Assembly (NCBI GenBank): GCA_977020255.1
Contig: CDROCS010005499.1
Span: 62,001-126,000 of the forward strand
DNA: 64,000 nt
Source: Obrimoposthia wandeli
Taxonomy: Eukaryota
Direction: 5' to 3'
Part shown: positions 51,075-62,111 of the stretch, in pieces
Layout: the number at the start of each line of letters is the position of its first letter
Numbering within the stretch: position 1 is the first letter of the stretch
The notes under the pieces: model-generated
The model's database searches: none
Told to the model about the DNA's origin: nothing
What the model saw: only the letters and a program-made list of their open reading frames with translations
Translations under genes and position numbers: made by a program

Positions 51075-51410
51075 CTATTCGTTACGTTCACTTAGGTTTT
51101 TCTGCACGATGTCTGAGTCTTTCTGGGCGTAAAACTCAACACGGAATTCTGTGGTCGGAGTTAAAAATTCCACCTTATGCCAGTATTCAGGTGGTGAAAT
51201 TGCAGTGGCGCCAGCCTTAATAATCACTTCTTGCTCAACGTCACCTCGTCGTTCTTTAAAACCGTAAAACTTCAATGACCCTGCCATAACGCAGATCTTT
51301 CCAAACACCCCAGCCTTAGTATTGTGTTCAAACAAAAACATCTTAGGAATATTATCAGCCGTAAACACAGGCGTTGTTTTATAATTAACGAAATCATTCG
51401 GTATGGTCAT
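51075..51410 (-). CDS. DUF1971/YeaR-like (TehB N-terminal) cupin protein
   Basis: HNTKAGVFGKICVMAGSL, SPPEYWHKV. Confidence 0.85.
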   Translation of the reverse strand: MTIPNDFVNYKTTPVFTADNIPKMFLFEHNTKAGVFGKICVMAGSLKFYGFKERRGDVEQEVIIKAGATAISPPEYWHKVEFLTPTTEFRVEFYAQKDSDIVQKNLSERNE

Positions 51411-51507
51411 ATGGCATTCATTATCCAGTTAAAGAAAAAAGTATAGTGGTTAAAATACATCACGATTAAAAAATAAAGAGTACAGTGGTATATAAACTCT
51501 GTAGTAC

Positions 51508-51744
51508 TTACTGGAATTCATCGCCATGATTCTCGAGTTTTCGATGGTGACATGTTTGGCATTCCACATAACGATCGAGCAAATCTAATGACGCCAATAC
51601 CGGGCTTGCAGTACCAGAAAAGAAACCTTCAAGAAATGCTTTAAACTGCTCTTTCTTGCTTTTACCGTACTTCGACGGTTTTTGTTTCATAATTTCCTTA
51701 TGTTCAGTGTCTTTATTGCACTTCTCACAATATTGTACAGTCAT
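51508..51744 (-). CDS. Small zinc-ribbon-like protein
   Basis: CEKC at the N-terminus and CQTC near the C-terminus. Confidence 0.7.
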   Translation of the reverse strand: MTVQYCEKCNKDTEHKEIMKQKPSKYGKSKKEQFKAFLEGFFSGTASPVLASLDLLDRYVECQTCHHRKLENHGDEFQ

Positions 51745-52242
51745 AACCTAATCCCTTTCCTTTTCACTTCTAATTTAGTGAGTAAAGCTGGCATTAACAC
51801 ATTGCTTTGAAACATCATATTTCATTCAAAACAACTAAAAATTGAATACCATTCATTTACATCATGAATTTATCTCACAATACAATCACAGATTCAAATG
51901 ATTTGGTTTTTTTGTTTATTTAACAGAATGTTGTAAGAGGAAAAACGTGGAAGTATGATTGTAGGGGTATGAAGAGGTAACCTTTAGTAAATCGATAGTA
52001 GGTTACCTGCACGTTGAATGCTTATCGCTAACCTACATAAGAAAATACATGGTTTTTATGCAGATCCCCATTAAGGTCAAAATTCAATTCACCAATAACC
52101 TGGAAACCTAAGTAACGATAAAAGTCGATCGCTTTCTGATTATTTACCCAAGTCGATAACCAGAAAGGTAAACTATGATGTGCTTAAGCAGTTGTCTTCA
52201 GAGATGGTTCACACCATCTGCGTCTTACCCTTGCTAGCTTTC

Positions 52243-52443
52243 CTACATATTGCTCGTAAAGCGCTTACCAATTTTAGAGAAAACAAATTGCAACGGCATG
52301 TAAATGGCGACAAACAGTAACACATCGAACATAAACGATAAGTTGCTCAATTCTGCATAGTTGTCGACAAGGTAATTTTTAATAAGCACCGCACCAAATA
52401 CGGTTAAAAATGTCACTAAATAATAGACATGTTTTTCTTTCAT
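52243..52443 (-). CDS. Small 2-TM membrane protein
   Basis: 66 aa, two hydrophobic segments, RBS GAGGG. Confidence 0.65.
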   Translation of the reverse strand: MKEKHVYYLVTFLTVFGAVLIKNYLVDNYAELSNLSFMFDVLLFVAIYMPLQFVFSKIGKRFTSNM

Positions 52444-52576
52444 ATGACCCTCTATCGCCTTTTTTAATAGCTTAATATGGTGTTATATTCGATATTTTAC
52501 GAAATAATCGCCAGACATTAAGCGGAATAAGGCTAATAATGCCATAGGCTTAGAGTACGTAGCAACAGTGAGCGTT

Positions 52577-52972
52577 TTAGTTGTATGTCTTACCGTTGTG
52601 CTTTAACCATCCGTGAACATGAATACCTCTTGGATCACGGTGTGTCCAATGGACAACACCACCCTTTGAATTCCATTCATACTCACCATTAAATTCCACT
52701 TTATCACCAACATTTAGATTTAAGACTCGTGGAGCTAAGTCTATATTATGCGAAATTAAAATGGTTTGATTTGATTGAAGGCGCAGTATAAATTTTTGAT
52801 GCCGTGAACCTTGGTTATCATCAGGAAAAACGCGAATGACATTACCACTACCTGAAACCTGAGCATCACTTTGATGCGACTCATACACTTGTTTCAGTAA
52901 TACATCATCAGCCATTGTGGGAAATGCCGACAAACAGAATACAACACAACAAATCGATAAAATCATTTTCAC
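52577..52972 (-). CDS. DUF3465 family exported protein
   Basis: PDDNQGSRHQKFIL, HNIDLAPR, GGVVHWTHRDP. Confidence 0.88.
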   Translation of the reverse strand: MKMILSICCVVFCLSAFPTMADDVLLKQVYESHQSDAQVSGSGNVIRVFPDDNQGSRHQKFILRLQSNQTILISHNIDLAPRVLNLNVGDKVEFNGEYEWNSKGGVVHWTHRDPRGIHVHGWLKHNGKTYN

Positions 52973-53056
52973 TTAAATCACGTCCTTGTATTTCGAAAAT
53001 TGGATACCTAGCGTCAACCTAAAGATATGCAATTCTTAATATATACCATCTGTAGG

Positions 53057-53443
53057 CTATTGTTCTTCAATATTTTTCACCCAATTTGCACGCCATTTAG
53101 GAGCTTCATAGTCGTCAGGCCAAAATTCTACCTGTTTACGAATCAAGCCATTTTCAACGGTGTGAAAAGTGATTGCTCGTGCTTTTTGAACACCATCCGT
53201 TATAGATATATCGGTGACAACCTGATGTCCTTCACATATAACTGAGTTAGTCTGAAATTCCCAACGTCCCTGAGCAGGATAAAATGAGTTAATTTCTGCA
53301 AAGTTTTTACGACCAAGAATGAGCTCTGCTGACTGAGGCCAAACACCTTCAAAATCTTCCGATAGCCATTCACTTGCTTTGTAAAAGTCATTACTCCTCA
53401 TTGCTTCCCAAAACGAAAGCACTACTTCTTTTGAATTCATCAA
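53057..53443 (-). CDS. SnoaL/NTF2-like protein
   Basis: WPQSAELILGRKNF...YPAQGRW, EFWPD. Confidence 0.85.
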   Translation of the reverse strand: MMNSKEVVLSFWEAMRSNDFYKASEWLSEDFEGVWPQSAELILGRKNFAEINSFYPAQGRWEFQTNSVICEGHQVVTDISITDGVQKARAITFHTVENGLIRKQVEFWPDDYEAPKWRANWVKNIEEQ

Positions 53444-53452
53444 ATATCCCTT

Positions 53453-53749
53453 TTAAATTGTAAAATCGAATACAACTATATCTTCAAGTATTGGTCTGAA
53501 AAGTTTCTTTAATTCCTCGTGCTCAAGATGTGGTAAGTAGTTATCTCTACCTGCATTATCAACAAAGCTCATCACCACTGCGTGAGTGTAACCCTTGCTT
53601 TTCCCCTCAGGACTATCATTGAGCCCCCACTCAACAGAGTGCACGCCTTCTATTTTTGATGGCATCGATTTGAAACTAGCTTTAAGGATATTAATTTCAT
53701 TTGTTTTTGCAGTAGATTTAAACTTAATCAGTAGAATATGTCTGATCAT
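53453..53749 (-). CDS. Dabb family stress protein
   Basis: MIRHILLIKF, GYTHA, YLPHLEH, VFDF. Confidence 0.88.
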   Translation of the reverse strand: MIRHILLIKFKSTAKTNEINILKASFKSMPSKIEGVHSVEWGLNDSPEGKSKGYTHAVVMSFVDNAGRDNYLPHLEHEELKKLFRPILEDIVVFDFTI

Positions 53750-53831
53750 CGATTATTACCTATGAAGTATTGAAGAGTTGGTAGCTAGTGCTCTGTTAAG
53801 CTGTTTGATGGCTTTATTATGCGTGTTCTAA

Positions 53832-54251
53832 TTAGAACAATGAGCTTTTGAGTACAAAATGATCATCGTGCGTTTCTACTATAGACCAATTCAGTTTCGA
53901 ATATAATTCTGGAATATGAGTAAAAACCAACAACTCTGGCTCTCCCATTTCTTTAATTAATTGCTCTGCACTATTAATCAATTGTGAACTGATGCCTTGT
54001 TTACGATTGTCTGATTTAATAAAAACAGCATTAATCCAAACTGCTTGCTCATCGGTAATTGGTGAGAGAAAACGAGTGAATACTAAACCACCCACTAATT
54101 CACCGTCATTCAATGCGATGATTGGATTGGGTACCACCTTTCCCCCCTTAACGGATGACAAAGGTTCTACATCATCCCACTCACCTTCAAACCATTGATA
54201 TAAAATAACTAAATGCGGACATTCACTTTCAGCCATTTGAATTGACAACAT
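53832..54251 (-). CDS. GNAT family N-acetyltransferase
   Basis: WINAVFIKSDNRKQGISSQL; start moved to 54251 (RBS GGAG). Confidence 0.85.
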   Translation of the reverse strand: MLSIQMAESECPHLVILYQWFEGEWDDVEPLSSVKGGKVVPNPIIALNDGELVGGLVFTRFLSPITDEQAVWINAVFIKSDNRKQGISSQLINSAEQLIKEMGEPELLVFTHIPELYSKLNWSIVETHDDHFVLKSSLF

Positions 54252-54372
54252 ATTTACTCCATTAAAACTGCCATTTAAGTAAAAACATAACGTAGTGTAT
54301 GCCACAGAAAACTGACCAAACGCGCTGAAATCCAGACCAAAGATACTTAATGAAATGAGAATCGTTCGATTG

Positions 54373-54825
54373 TTAGCCGATTTTCACTCGCATTAATTCT
54401 GATGGTTTATTGTCTACAAAGTAATGCCAGACATGATCATATAATACCTTTTGGCCTGGAAATACAGCTAGTTCTTTAGCTTCATTTAAAGTGCACCACT
54501 TATATTCCGTATGCTCGTGATTAATAATTACGGATTGATTCGGTTTACAGTAAATAACGAATACAGGAATAACTTCTATTGTATTGAGGTTGTTTTCGTA
54601 GAATTGTTCTAAATATTGTCCATTGTATAAGTCTCCCACATCAATTTGAGTTTCTTCTTTAAACTCTCTGATGATGGTTTGCCAACCTAATTCATTACTT
54701 TCAACCGTTCCAGCAACATGGCACCAGAAACCACCCTTTGTTCTTTTCATCAAAAGGATCTTCGTCTGATCATCCACCTCAGATAGGGCAATACCCGAAA
54801 CAACAGCACATCTAACAGGAATCAT
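54373..54825 (-). CDS. NUDIX hydrolase
   Basis: GTVESNELGWQTIIREFKEET Nudix box; NHEHTEYKW. Confidence 0.9.
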   Translation of the reverse strand: MIPVRCAVVSGIALSEVDDQTKILLMKRTKGGFWCHVAGTVESNELGWQTIIREFKEETQIDVGDLYNGQYLEQFYENNLNTIEVIPVFVIYCKPNQSVIINHEHTEYKWCTLNEAKELAVFPGQKVLYDHVWHYFVDNKPSELMRVKIG

Positions 54826-54941
54826 TGATTATTCCTTATTGTTAATTGAAGATCCGCAACACATCGCGGTACAGAAACACGTTAATCTTTTTGTCTATCA
54901 AACACTATTCGACCAAGGCGATGTATACATAACGTTTGTAT

Positions 54942-55334
54942 TTAGCGTAGAAGTTCGTTTTGGGCTTCCTTGAGTTCATCCATCGCTTCTTGCAACTTTC
55001 TCTCTTTCTTTTCTATTTTGTCAGTATTCCCTTTTTCTTTTGCTTCATTTAACTCTTGTTCTCTTTCCGCTACCTTCTGCTCTTTTTCAGCTATTTTTTC
55101 CTTCCTCTCTACTCTTAGTGAATCATCAGTACAATATTCATTTACTTTTTGTAATGCCGTTTCTAAACCCGCTAAACGGTGTGTATTTCCATATTCCTTT
55201 GCATATTTTATTTGTGTTTTGATCTCATCCTTTTTAGCGTCACAACCTGTTAGTTGAGCCGCATGCGCTGTGGATGACAAAGTGAAAAGAAGTGAGAGTG
55301 TTACCGCTGTAATAACTTTATGTTTCATATTCAT
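54942..55334 (-). CDS. DUF1090 (YqjC-like) exported helical protein
   Basis: GCDAK...YGN..RLAGLETAL...C. Confidence 0.85.
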   Translation of the reverse strand: MNMKHKVITAVTLSLLFTLSSTAHAAQLTGCDAKKDEIKTQIKYAKEYGNTHRLAGLETALQKVNEYCTDDSLRVERKEKIAEKEQKVAEREQELNEAKEKGNTDKIEKKERKLQEAMDELKEAQNELLR

Positions 55335-55553
55335 TATCCTTGTTTGGACTATTTTCGAGTTACGAATGGGGGTAGAACAATTTCATCTTGATTTGCAGTC
55401 CCATGCTGACAGACTTTTTTATGAATAGAAACAACAAAAATATCAGCTACTGAAAAACCCCCTCTACAGCAAAGTTTAAGATTTCCCATAGCTTAGGTAA
55501 TAAATTTCCCCAAGAAAGTATAATGCTAAACATAATTTCGCCACGATAAACGA

Positions 55554-56312
55554 TTAAGTAATATTAACAGGCACTTTTAATTCTGGATGATGTCTTCCTT
55601 TAGCGCCCATATCAACAATCGTGTACTCATTTGTATTGATTGACGATGCATCCCTTGTTTGGCTTAAATTCAATGCATCCAGCATCATTTCTTCCAACTT
55701 CAGGTTATATTGTCTGAACTCGTCTTCTGTTAACCTCAACTTACTTGTTATTAAGTAAGCATCTTTCTTATTGGGCTCGATTTCTTGGACTTGTTTCTGC
55801 AAGTTTTCAATTATCTTATTTTTAACTAAAATAGGAAACTTTGCAGAGTCAGAAAAAGCAATGCTCTTTGGTACTGAAACTTTAAAAGCCAAACCAAATA
55901 ACATTGCAATTAAGCCAAGTTTTTCTAACTCTCTTAGATAGATATATATTGATGATTCATTCAGACCAAATAATTCCATCAACTGCTTTGCATCTGCCTT
56001 TTCATTAACAATTTCATGAAAAATAGTATAAAGCTCAGGCATTTCATAGAACGAATGATCTTGCTCTTTCGTAAATATGGAAACCACTGTCATCGATTCC
56101 TCAGCCTCAGCAATGAGGATTGATAGCGGTATTTGAAGCAACAGTGACATTTCTCTAACTCTTGAAAGCGATAAAGATTGATGACCGTTCAAAAGCCGCT
56201 TAATACTCACTTCAGATACGTCTAGCTGTTTAGATACTTCTTTATACGTCATGCCTGACTTCTTCAAGTGCCGCTTTAGCATTACACAAATCGCGCGGTT
56301 TAGTTCGTTCAT
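55554..56312 (-). CDS. XRE-family HTH transcriptional regulator
   Basis: GMTYKEVSKQLDVSEVSIKRLL; divergent from the SDR gene. Confidence 0.85.
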   Translation of the reverse strand: MNELNRAICVMLKRHLKKSGMTYKEVSKQLDVSEVSIKRLLNGHQSLSLSRVREMSLLLQIPLSILIAEAEESMTVVSIFTKEQDHSFYEMPELYTIFHEIVNEKADAKQLMELFGLNESSIYIYLRELEKLGLIAMLFGLAFKVSVPKSIAFSDSAKFPILVKNKIIENLQKQVQEIEPNKKDAYLITSKLRLTEDEFRQYNLKLEEMMLDALNLSQTRDASSINTNEYTIVDMGAKGRHHPELKVPVNIT

Positions 56313-56563
56313 CAGCCTACTCAGTATCCATTTTATACACTTAAAGAATCATAATACGATACCTTTCATTTATCAATTGACAAAAAAGAGCCGTATTTCG
56401 ATACTCATAACAAATATAAAGCTTAATACCAGTTATCGCCGGATTTATGAATTGACTAAATTCATATAATTACAACTATCTAACGAGCGATGATTTAAAA
56501 GTGAACAAATTAGTACTACTAATTTTCATTTTTTAAGGTTAATTAAATGTTCAGGAGTTTGTT

Positions 56564-57286
56564 ATGGATTTAGGTTTAAAAAATAAACATGTCGTCGTGA
56601 CTGGTGGATCATCAGGGATTGGATCAGAAATCGTGAAAGCCTTTGCGTTAGAAGGAGCCAGAGTTTGGTTCTGCGGACGATCACAACATCGGATTGATAA
56701 AGCATGTGAAAATTTAACGGAACAAGTGCATGGTCAATCTGTCGATATTAACGATCTCGACAACTTTTCTAAGTGGATAGACGCCATCCCTAATATTGAT
56801 ATTTTTGTTCCAAATGTTAGCGCGCTATCCGACAAATGGTCAGATGTACTACAGACAGATATTTCGGCAACCCAACAATGTATAGACTTAGTGCTACCAA
56901 AATTAGTTAAATCACCGGCTGCCGCTCTGACATATATCGGCTCGAAGGCAAGCGGCACAACTGCAAGTAATGCTAATGCATACGGTGCAGGAAAAGCAGC
57001 TCTCGCTCATTATATGAAATCATTATCACTTACCTACGCACCAAGTTTACGGGTAAATACTGTATCACCTGGAGATACTTTCATTAAGAATGGATTATGG
57101 GGAAAGTGTAAAAACGACAACCCAGCGTTATTCCAACAAGTATTGGATCGAAACCCAATGGGCCGGTTAGCCACCCCTACTGAAGTAGCAAAAGTCGTCA
57201 CATTTATCTCTAGCCCTGCGGCCAGTTTTGTTTCCGGTGCAAATTGGTATGTTGATGGCACATCAACTAATCACATCCAATACTAA
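56564..57286 (+). CDS. SDR family oxidoreductase
   Basis: TGGSSGIG, YGAGK, VNTVSPG. Confidence 0.9.
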   Translation: MDLGLKNKHVVVTGGSSGIGSEIVKAFALEGARVWFCGRSQHRIDKACENLTEQVHGQSVDINDLDNFSKWIDAIPNIDIFVPNVSALSDKWSDVLQTDISATQQCIDLVLPKLVKSPAAALTYIGSKASGTTASNANAYGAGKAALAHYMKSLSLTYAPSLRVNTVSPGDTFIKNGLWGKCKNDNPALFQQVLDRNPMGRLATPTEVAKVVTFISSPAASFVSGANWYVDGTSTNHIQY

Positions 57287-57594
57287 ATATAAGCTAGGAA
57301 TGGTGCATCTTGCGTGATCCGTGTCAGGCAAGATCCGTAGACACAGTGATGAACATAAATGAGTGATATATAGTAACAAAGCATACAAACCAACCATTTA
57401 TTGTATGCATTTCAAGGCAAGCCTGCTCTATTTCATTTCATTCCTACAGTGCATATCTGTTTATCATTGAACGCGCTTCTCAAATAGAAACACATCTATT
57501 TTTTATATCGATCATTAAGTGGCATAAATACTATGAATATATGGTATTGCATTATAAATGCGCAGGATGAAAACTTAATAGAAGGATATATGGT

Positions 57595-58812
57595 ATGAAT
57601 ATAACACTACCTTTAGCGATTACTGCTGGAATACTCTCTGCGGGTGTGACTGCAGCGCCGATGTCTAATACACAATTAGCTCCCACTCTAGATAAATCAA
57701 GCTCTGCATCACCAACAATGGTATCGGTTACGGAATCAAAACGTGCGCTAGCATTGAGCTTGAGTCAACAATACACACAACTTGCACCTGTACTTCATGA
57801 AGAGATCAGCCAGTACCAATTGAATGCGCCACTCAATGAATTAAAACGTAGTAAGCGTGCGGCCCCTTTTGCGCGTTCGATGGTGGCGATGGATGAGACG
57901 TTACGAGTAGATAAAGGCATCGAAGATTATACCGATACCATTATGGAATTACGCTTGGCTGATAAAACTATGTTGGCACGTTGGCAGGCGGGACAGTCTC
58001 CACTGTTTGCATGGGAGCCAGAAGGCAACGATAAGAATTGGAGCTATATCGAAGCCTACGATATCGACGGTAACATTCACTTATTAGATGTATATGAGGT
58101 GCCTGATCGCCCCGTGCTCGTTATTGATACAAACTCGCGTAAAGAGCTGAAAGCAGGCATTAAAGCGATGAACGATGAAATACAGCGTTTACAAGGCTTG
58201 AATAATGCGAATATTGCACCACAATCCATGGCACTTCAATCCCGATCAATGGCTGAGAATACGTTTGATACACAAGCTGACACACCAAGTATATCGACTA
58301 CTGTACTTAAAAAAATTCGTCTGAAAGATGATCATGAACCTTGGATTTCAGGAAAAGCTGAAGTATACGCGATAGTAACAGGCGTGAATCCAAGCCGTGA
58401 CGAGCCAGTACTGGATATTATTGATATGCCGTATTTGGACTATAGCGAGACTGATTACTCACCGAACCAAGTTATGATCTATTGGCAGCGTTACCGTTGG
58501 TCTGCGGCTGATATGCTGCTAATGGAGAAAGATGACGGCACCAATTATAAGGATTTAGCACGTACTTTGTTAGAAGTGGCGACTGCAGCTTTAAAAGCGA
58601 TTCCTGATCCTGAAGTGCAAGCGTATGCGATTATTCCACAACTGACAGGGAAAGTTTTAGAAGCGATTCCAGACAGCTGGGCAACAAACGATGATGACTT
58701 CGTCGATGTATTTTATACTTTGCGTCAAGGCACCATGTACAGCGACTACTCTGCTGCGGGTAACAATGTCACAGCAACTTTTGCACCATTAACGATTGAT
58801 CCGATTCAGTAA
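57595..58812 (+). CDS. DUF3103 family exported protein
   Basis: DDHEPWISGKAEVYAIV, IDMPYLDY, WQRYRWSAAD, NDDDFVDVFY. Confidence 0.75.
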   Translation: MNITLPLAITAGILSAGVTAAPMSNTQLAPTLDKSSSASPTMVSVTESKRALALSLSQQYTQLAPVLHEEISQYQLNAPLNELKRSKRAAPFARSMVAMDETLRVDKGIEDYTDTIMELRLADKTMLARWQAGQSPLFAWEPEGNDKNWSYIEAYDIDGNIHLLDVYEVPDRPVLVIDTNSRKELKAGIKAMNDEIQRLQGLNNANIAPQSMALQSRSMAENTFDTQADTPSISTTVLKKIRLKDDHEPWISGKAEVYAIVTGVNPSRDEPVLDIIDMPYLDYSETDYSPNQVMIYWQRYRWSAADMLLMEKDDGTNYKDLARTLLEVATAALKAIPDPEVQAYAIIPQLTGKVLEAIPDSWATNDDDFVDVFYTLRQGTMYSDYSAAGNNVTATFAPLTIDPIQ

Positions 58813-58939
58813 CTCACTGACATTGATTGTTAATACAAAAGAAAGCCCAAGCTGTTGGTAATCATCAACGATGCTTGCTATGAATGAAGGCCTACATTGG
58901 TAGGCTTTCACTCGCTGGCTATCATATGTGTAGTTCATT

Positions 58940-60355
58940 TTATTCATCCAGCATGTTTTTGATTAACTCGGCTAGTCGTTTTATTGCTCTTTCTTCTGGC
59001 TCTGAACATTCAAACGACGAATTAAGCCGAAAACAATGATTAAACTGTTTACTCGCGGAAAACATTTTCCCTGGCGCAATACTGATATTGTCTTTCAACG
59101 CACGCTGGTATAACTCTGTCGCATCTAAATGCTCCGGCAATTCAACCCATAAAAAATACCCACCTTCTGAGTAATTAACACTCACGTTAGGAGGAAAATA
59201 AGAACGTAGCAACTGCCACATTGCGAATTTACGCTGTTCCAGTTTCCTTCTCAGCTGACGTAAATGGTTTTCATAGTTGCGAGTAGATAGGTATTTAGCA
59301 AGAGCCAGTTGAATGGGAGCACTGGCAGACAATGTGCTCATCAATTGAAGTTTTTGAATAGGCAGTGCCATTTGCCCTGCAGCCACCCAACCAATTCGAA
59401 AACCTGCCACCAGAGACTTAGAAAAAGATGAGCAATGCATCGTCATACCTTGCTGATCAAATGCTTTTGCTGGTAATGGCTTTTGTCCACCAAAATACAG
59501 TTCACTATATACATCATCTTCAATAAGGAAGACGTTGTACTTTGCCAGCAACTCAATCAAACGCTTCTTTTTATCATTCGACAAAGTGCACCCCAAAGGG
59601 TTTTGGTGATTTGTCATCAACCAACAGGCTTTTACCGAGTGAGATTGTAACGCCTTTTCAAGTGAATCAAGATCTATCCCATCTTGAGGATGGGTTCTAA
59701 CTGATAGTGCACGTAAATTAAGCCTTTGCAGCGATTGTAATGCACCATAAAAGGTAGGCGATTCCACCACAACCCAGTCTCCAGCCTGCGTTACTGCTTG
59801 AAGGCTCAAATTCAACGCTTCAAGCGCACCTGCGGTGATCACTATCTCTTCTGGATGCACACTTATACCTTGTGCCGCATATCGTTTAGCAATGAGCTGG
59901 CGTAACTCTTCATTCCCTGGAGGTAGGTTATCTAACGCACTTGATGTTGGCATGGTACGCGCAGCGGCCATAAGCGATTTATTTACTTGATGTCGGGGAT
60001 ATAGTTTCGGATCGGGATATACAGATCCGAAATCGACGATATACGGTGTTCTACTCGCTTGCAAAACCTCAAAAATAAAATCATTAATATCAATATTTTC
60101 AGTTGTCTGAACCGTCACATCTGAACTTTTAGCACTCAAGTATTGAACTTTTGGGGCGACAAAATACCCCGACCGAGCATGAGAAACGATCCACCCTTGG
60201 CTTTCTAGTACCTGATAAGCATGCAGCACCGTCATTAGGCTCATGCCTGAAACCTCAGTTTGCTTTCGTAACGAAGGAAGCTTATCCCCTACTTTCCAAA
60301 TTTCATTTTGAATTTGATCACGAATTTGCTCTACAAGATTTTCATATTTAGCCAA
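58940..60355 (-). CDS. MocR/GntR family PLP-dependent transcriptional regulator (YdcR-like)
   Basis: HTH LPSLRK...AY..LE; EDDVY; SSFSKSL PLP lysine. Start probably TTG 60355. Confidence 0.92.
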   Translation of the reverse strand: MAKYENLVEQIRDQIQNEIWKVGDKLPSLRKQTEVSGMSLMTVLHAYQVLESQGWIVSHARSGYFVAPKVQYLSAKSSDVTVQTTENIDINDFIFEVLQASRTPYIVDFGSVYPDPKLYPRHQVNKSLMAAARTMPTSSALDNLPPGNEELRQLIAKRYAAQGISVHPEEIVITAGALEALNLSLQAVTQAGDWVVVESPTFYGALQSLQRLNLRALSVRTHPQDGIDLDSLEKALQSHSVKACWLMTNHQNPLGCTLSNDKKKRLIELLAKYNVFLIEDDVYSELYFGGQKPLPAKAFDQQGMTMHCSSFSKSLVAGFRIGWVAAGQMALPIQKLQLMSTLSASAPIQLALAKYLSTRNYENHLRQLRRKLEQRKFAMWQLLRSYFPPNVSVNYSEGGYFLWVELPEHLDATELYQRALKDNISIAPGKMFSASKQFNHCFRLNSSFECSEPEERAIKRLAELIKNMLDE

Positions 60356-60555
60356 CGCAACAACACCTTCTATTCCCGAGTCTCGGCACAATAGCACCAA
60401 ACATCTCATCTGTTATACATAAAATAGCCATTTCTGTATCTATTATAGTTTCCAGTCTGTTCTTATAATCACCCTACTTTCATTTTGAACCGAAGACGAT
60501 TTCAGGTCTTGGATAACACATCAATTTGTTAAAAATAACTGAATAGGAAATATCT

Positions 60556-61332
60556 ATGAGCAACCTAAAAACAGTAGCACTACGCGCACTTAAATTAATG
60601 GACCTGACGACTTTAAATGATGATGACACGGATGAAAAAATAATCGAATTGTGTAAAAGCGCTAAAACAGCGGCAGGTAATACGACAGCAGTATGTATCT
60701 ACCCACGTTTCATTCCTGTTGCCAAAAAACAATTACGTTTACAAGGTACGCCAGACATTCGTGTTGTAACTGTCACTAACTTCCCTCACGGGAACGATGA
60801 TATCGACATTGCTGTTGCCGAAACTAAAGCTGCCATCATGTACGGTGCTGATGAGGTAGATGTAACATTCCCATACCGTGCCCTAATGGCCGGAAACGAA
60901 AAAGTGGGCTTTGAAATTGTTAAGCAATGTAAAGCAGTCTGCGGTGATACCCCTCTGAAAGTCATCATTGAATCTGGTGAGCTGAAAACTAATGCGCTAA
61001 TCAAAAAAGCGTCTGAGATTTCAATCAAGGCAGGGGCAGACATCATCAAAACGTCCACAGGTAAAGTGCCAGTAAATGCAACCCTTGAAGCTGCCGAAGC
61101 TATGTTGTCAGTTATCAAAGACATGGGTGTTGAAAAAACAGTTGGCTTCAAAGCATCTGGTGGCGTACAAACCGCTGAAGACGCAAAAAAATACTTGGAT
61201 ATGGTTGATGGTATTTTTGGTGCCGAGTGGGCTGATAACAGCATGCACTACCGTTTTGGTGCGTCTAGCTTACTAACAAATCTACTTTATACGCTGGGTG
61301 AAGGTGAGAAAGTACTAGAAAGCGGTTATTAG
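60556..61332 (+). CDS. deoC: Deoxyribose-phosphate aldolase, stand-alone copy
   Basis: [38 protein letters not shown]. Confidence 0.93.
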   Translation: MSNLKTVALRALKLMDLTTLNDDDTDEKIIELCKSAKTAAGNTTAVCIYPRFIPVAKKQLRLQGTPDIRVVTVTNFPHGNDDIDIAVAETKAAIMYGADEVDVTFPYRALMAGNEKVGFEIVKQCKAVCGDTPLKVIIESGELKTNALIKKASEISIKAGADIIKTSTGKVPVNATLEAAEAMLSVIKDMGVEKTVGFKASGGVQTAEDAKKYLDMVDGIFGAEWADNSMHYRFGASSLLTNLLYTLGEGEKVLESGY

Positions 61333-61384
61333 TCGCATCTTTTGCGGTGACATTATTGCCACTTAAAGACAGGAAAGATCACAC

Positions 61385-62020
61385 ATGTCTGATTTTGAAT
61401 TAAAACACAGAACCGCCTCGAAACTCTCAGAGCACGTTGCGTATAAAATAACGCAATGCCTCAAGTTTCTATTAAATATATTCTACGGAAAAAAATACGC
61501 GAAACGTGCCGTAATTTTGGAAACCATTGCCGCAGTACCGGGAATGGTGGCAGGCATGTTTAATCATCTAAAAGCCTTACGCCGGATGAAAGATGATGAA
61601 GGATGGATCCGTGAATTATTGGATGAAGCAGAGAACGAGAGAATGCATCTGATGATATTTTTAAATATTGCCAAACCTAGCTGGGTTGAACGTGCATTAG
61701 TACTGATTGGTCAAGGTGCTTTCATTGTGGTGTATAGCTTGATTTATCTGCTGTCTTCTAAAATTGCGCATCGTGTAGTCGGATATTTTGAAGAAGAAGC
61801 CTGTAAAAGCTACACTGAATACCTGAGTAAAATCGATGCTGGTGAAGTAGAAAATGTGGCGGCCCCGAAAATTGCTATCGAATATTATCAGTTGCCGTTA
61901 GATGCCATGTTGCGAGATGTAATTGTAAAAATACGCAATGATGAAGCCAAACATCGCGATCAGAACCATTTTTTTGCCGATGCGTACGCAAACCACAACT
62001 TACCAGAACATCAGCATTAA
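61385..62020 (+). CDS. aox: Alternative (ubiquinol) oxidase
   Basis: LETIAAVPGMV, EAENERMHL, GYFEEEA, IRNDEAKH diiron motifs. Confidence 0.95.
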   Translation: MSDFELKHRTASKLSEHVAYKITQCLKFLLNIFYGKKYAKRAVILETIAAVPGMVAGMFNHLKALRRMKDDEGWIRELLDEAENERMHLMIFLNIAKPSWVERALVLIGQGAFIVVYSLIYLLSSKIAHRVVGYFEEEACKSYTEYLSKIDAGEVENVAAPKIAIEYYQLPLDAMLRDVIVKIRNDEAKHRDQNHFFADAYANHNLPEHQH

Positions 62021-62111
62021 TTGTTCTTTGTTATTTATTGACACCTAAAAATCTCCCCAGCGATTACGCTGGGGACACTATAAGATAACGGCAACATTTG
62101 CGGTTAATACT

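Noticed and set aside
51950-52240. Several small hairpins suggesting an sRNA
   Set aside because: No recognisable family, promoter or terminator pairing; cannot be supported without expression data.
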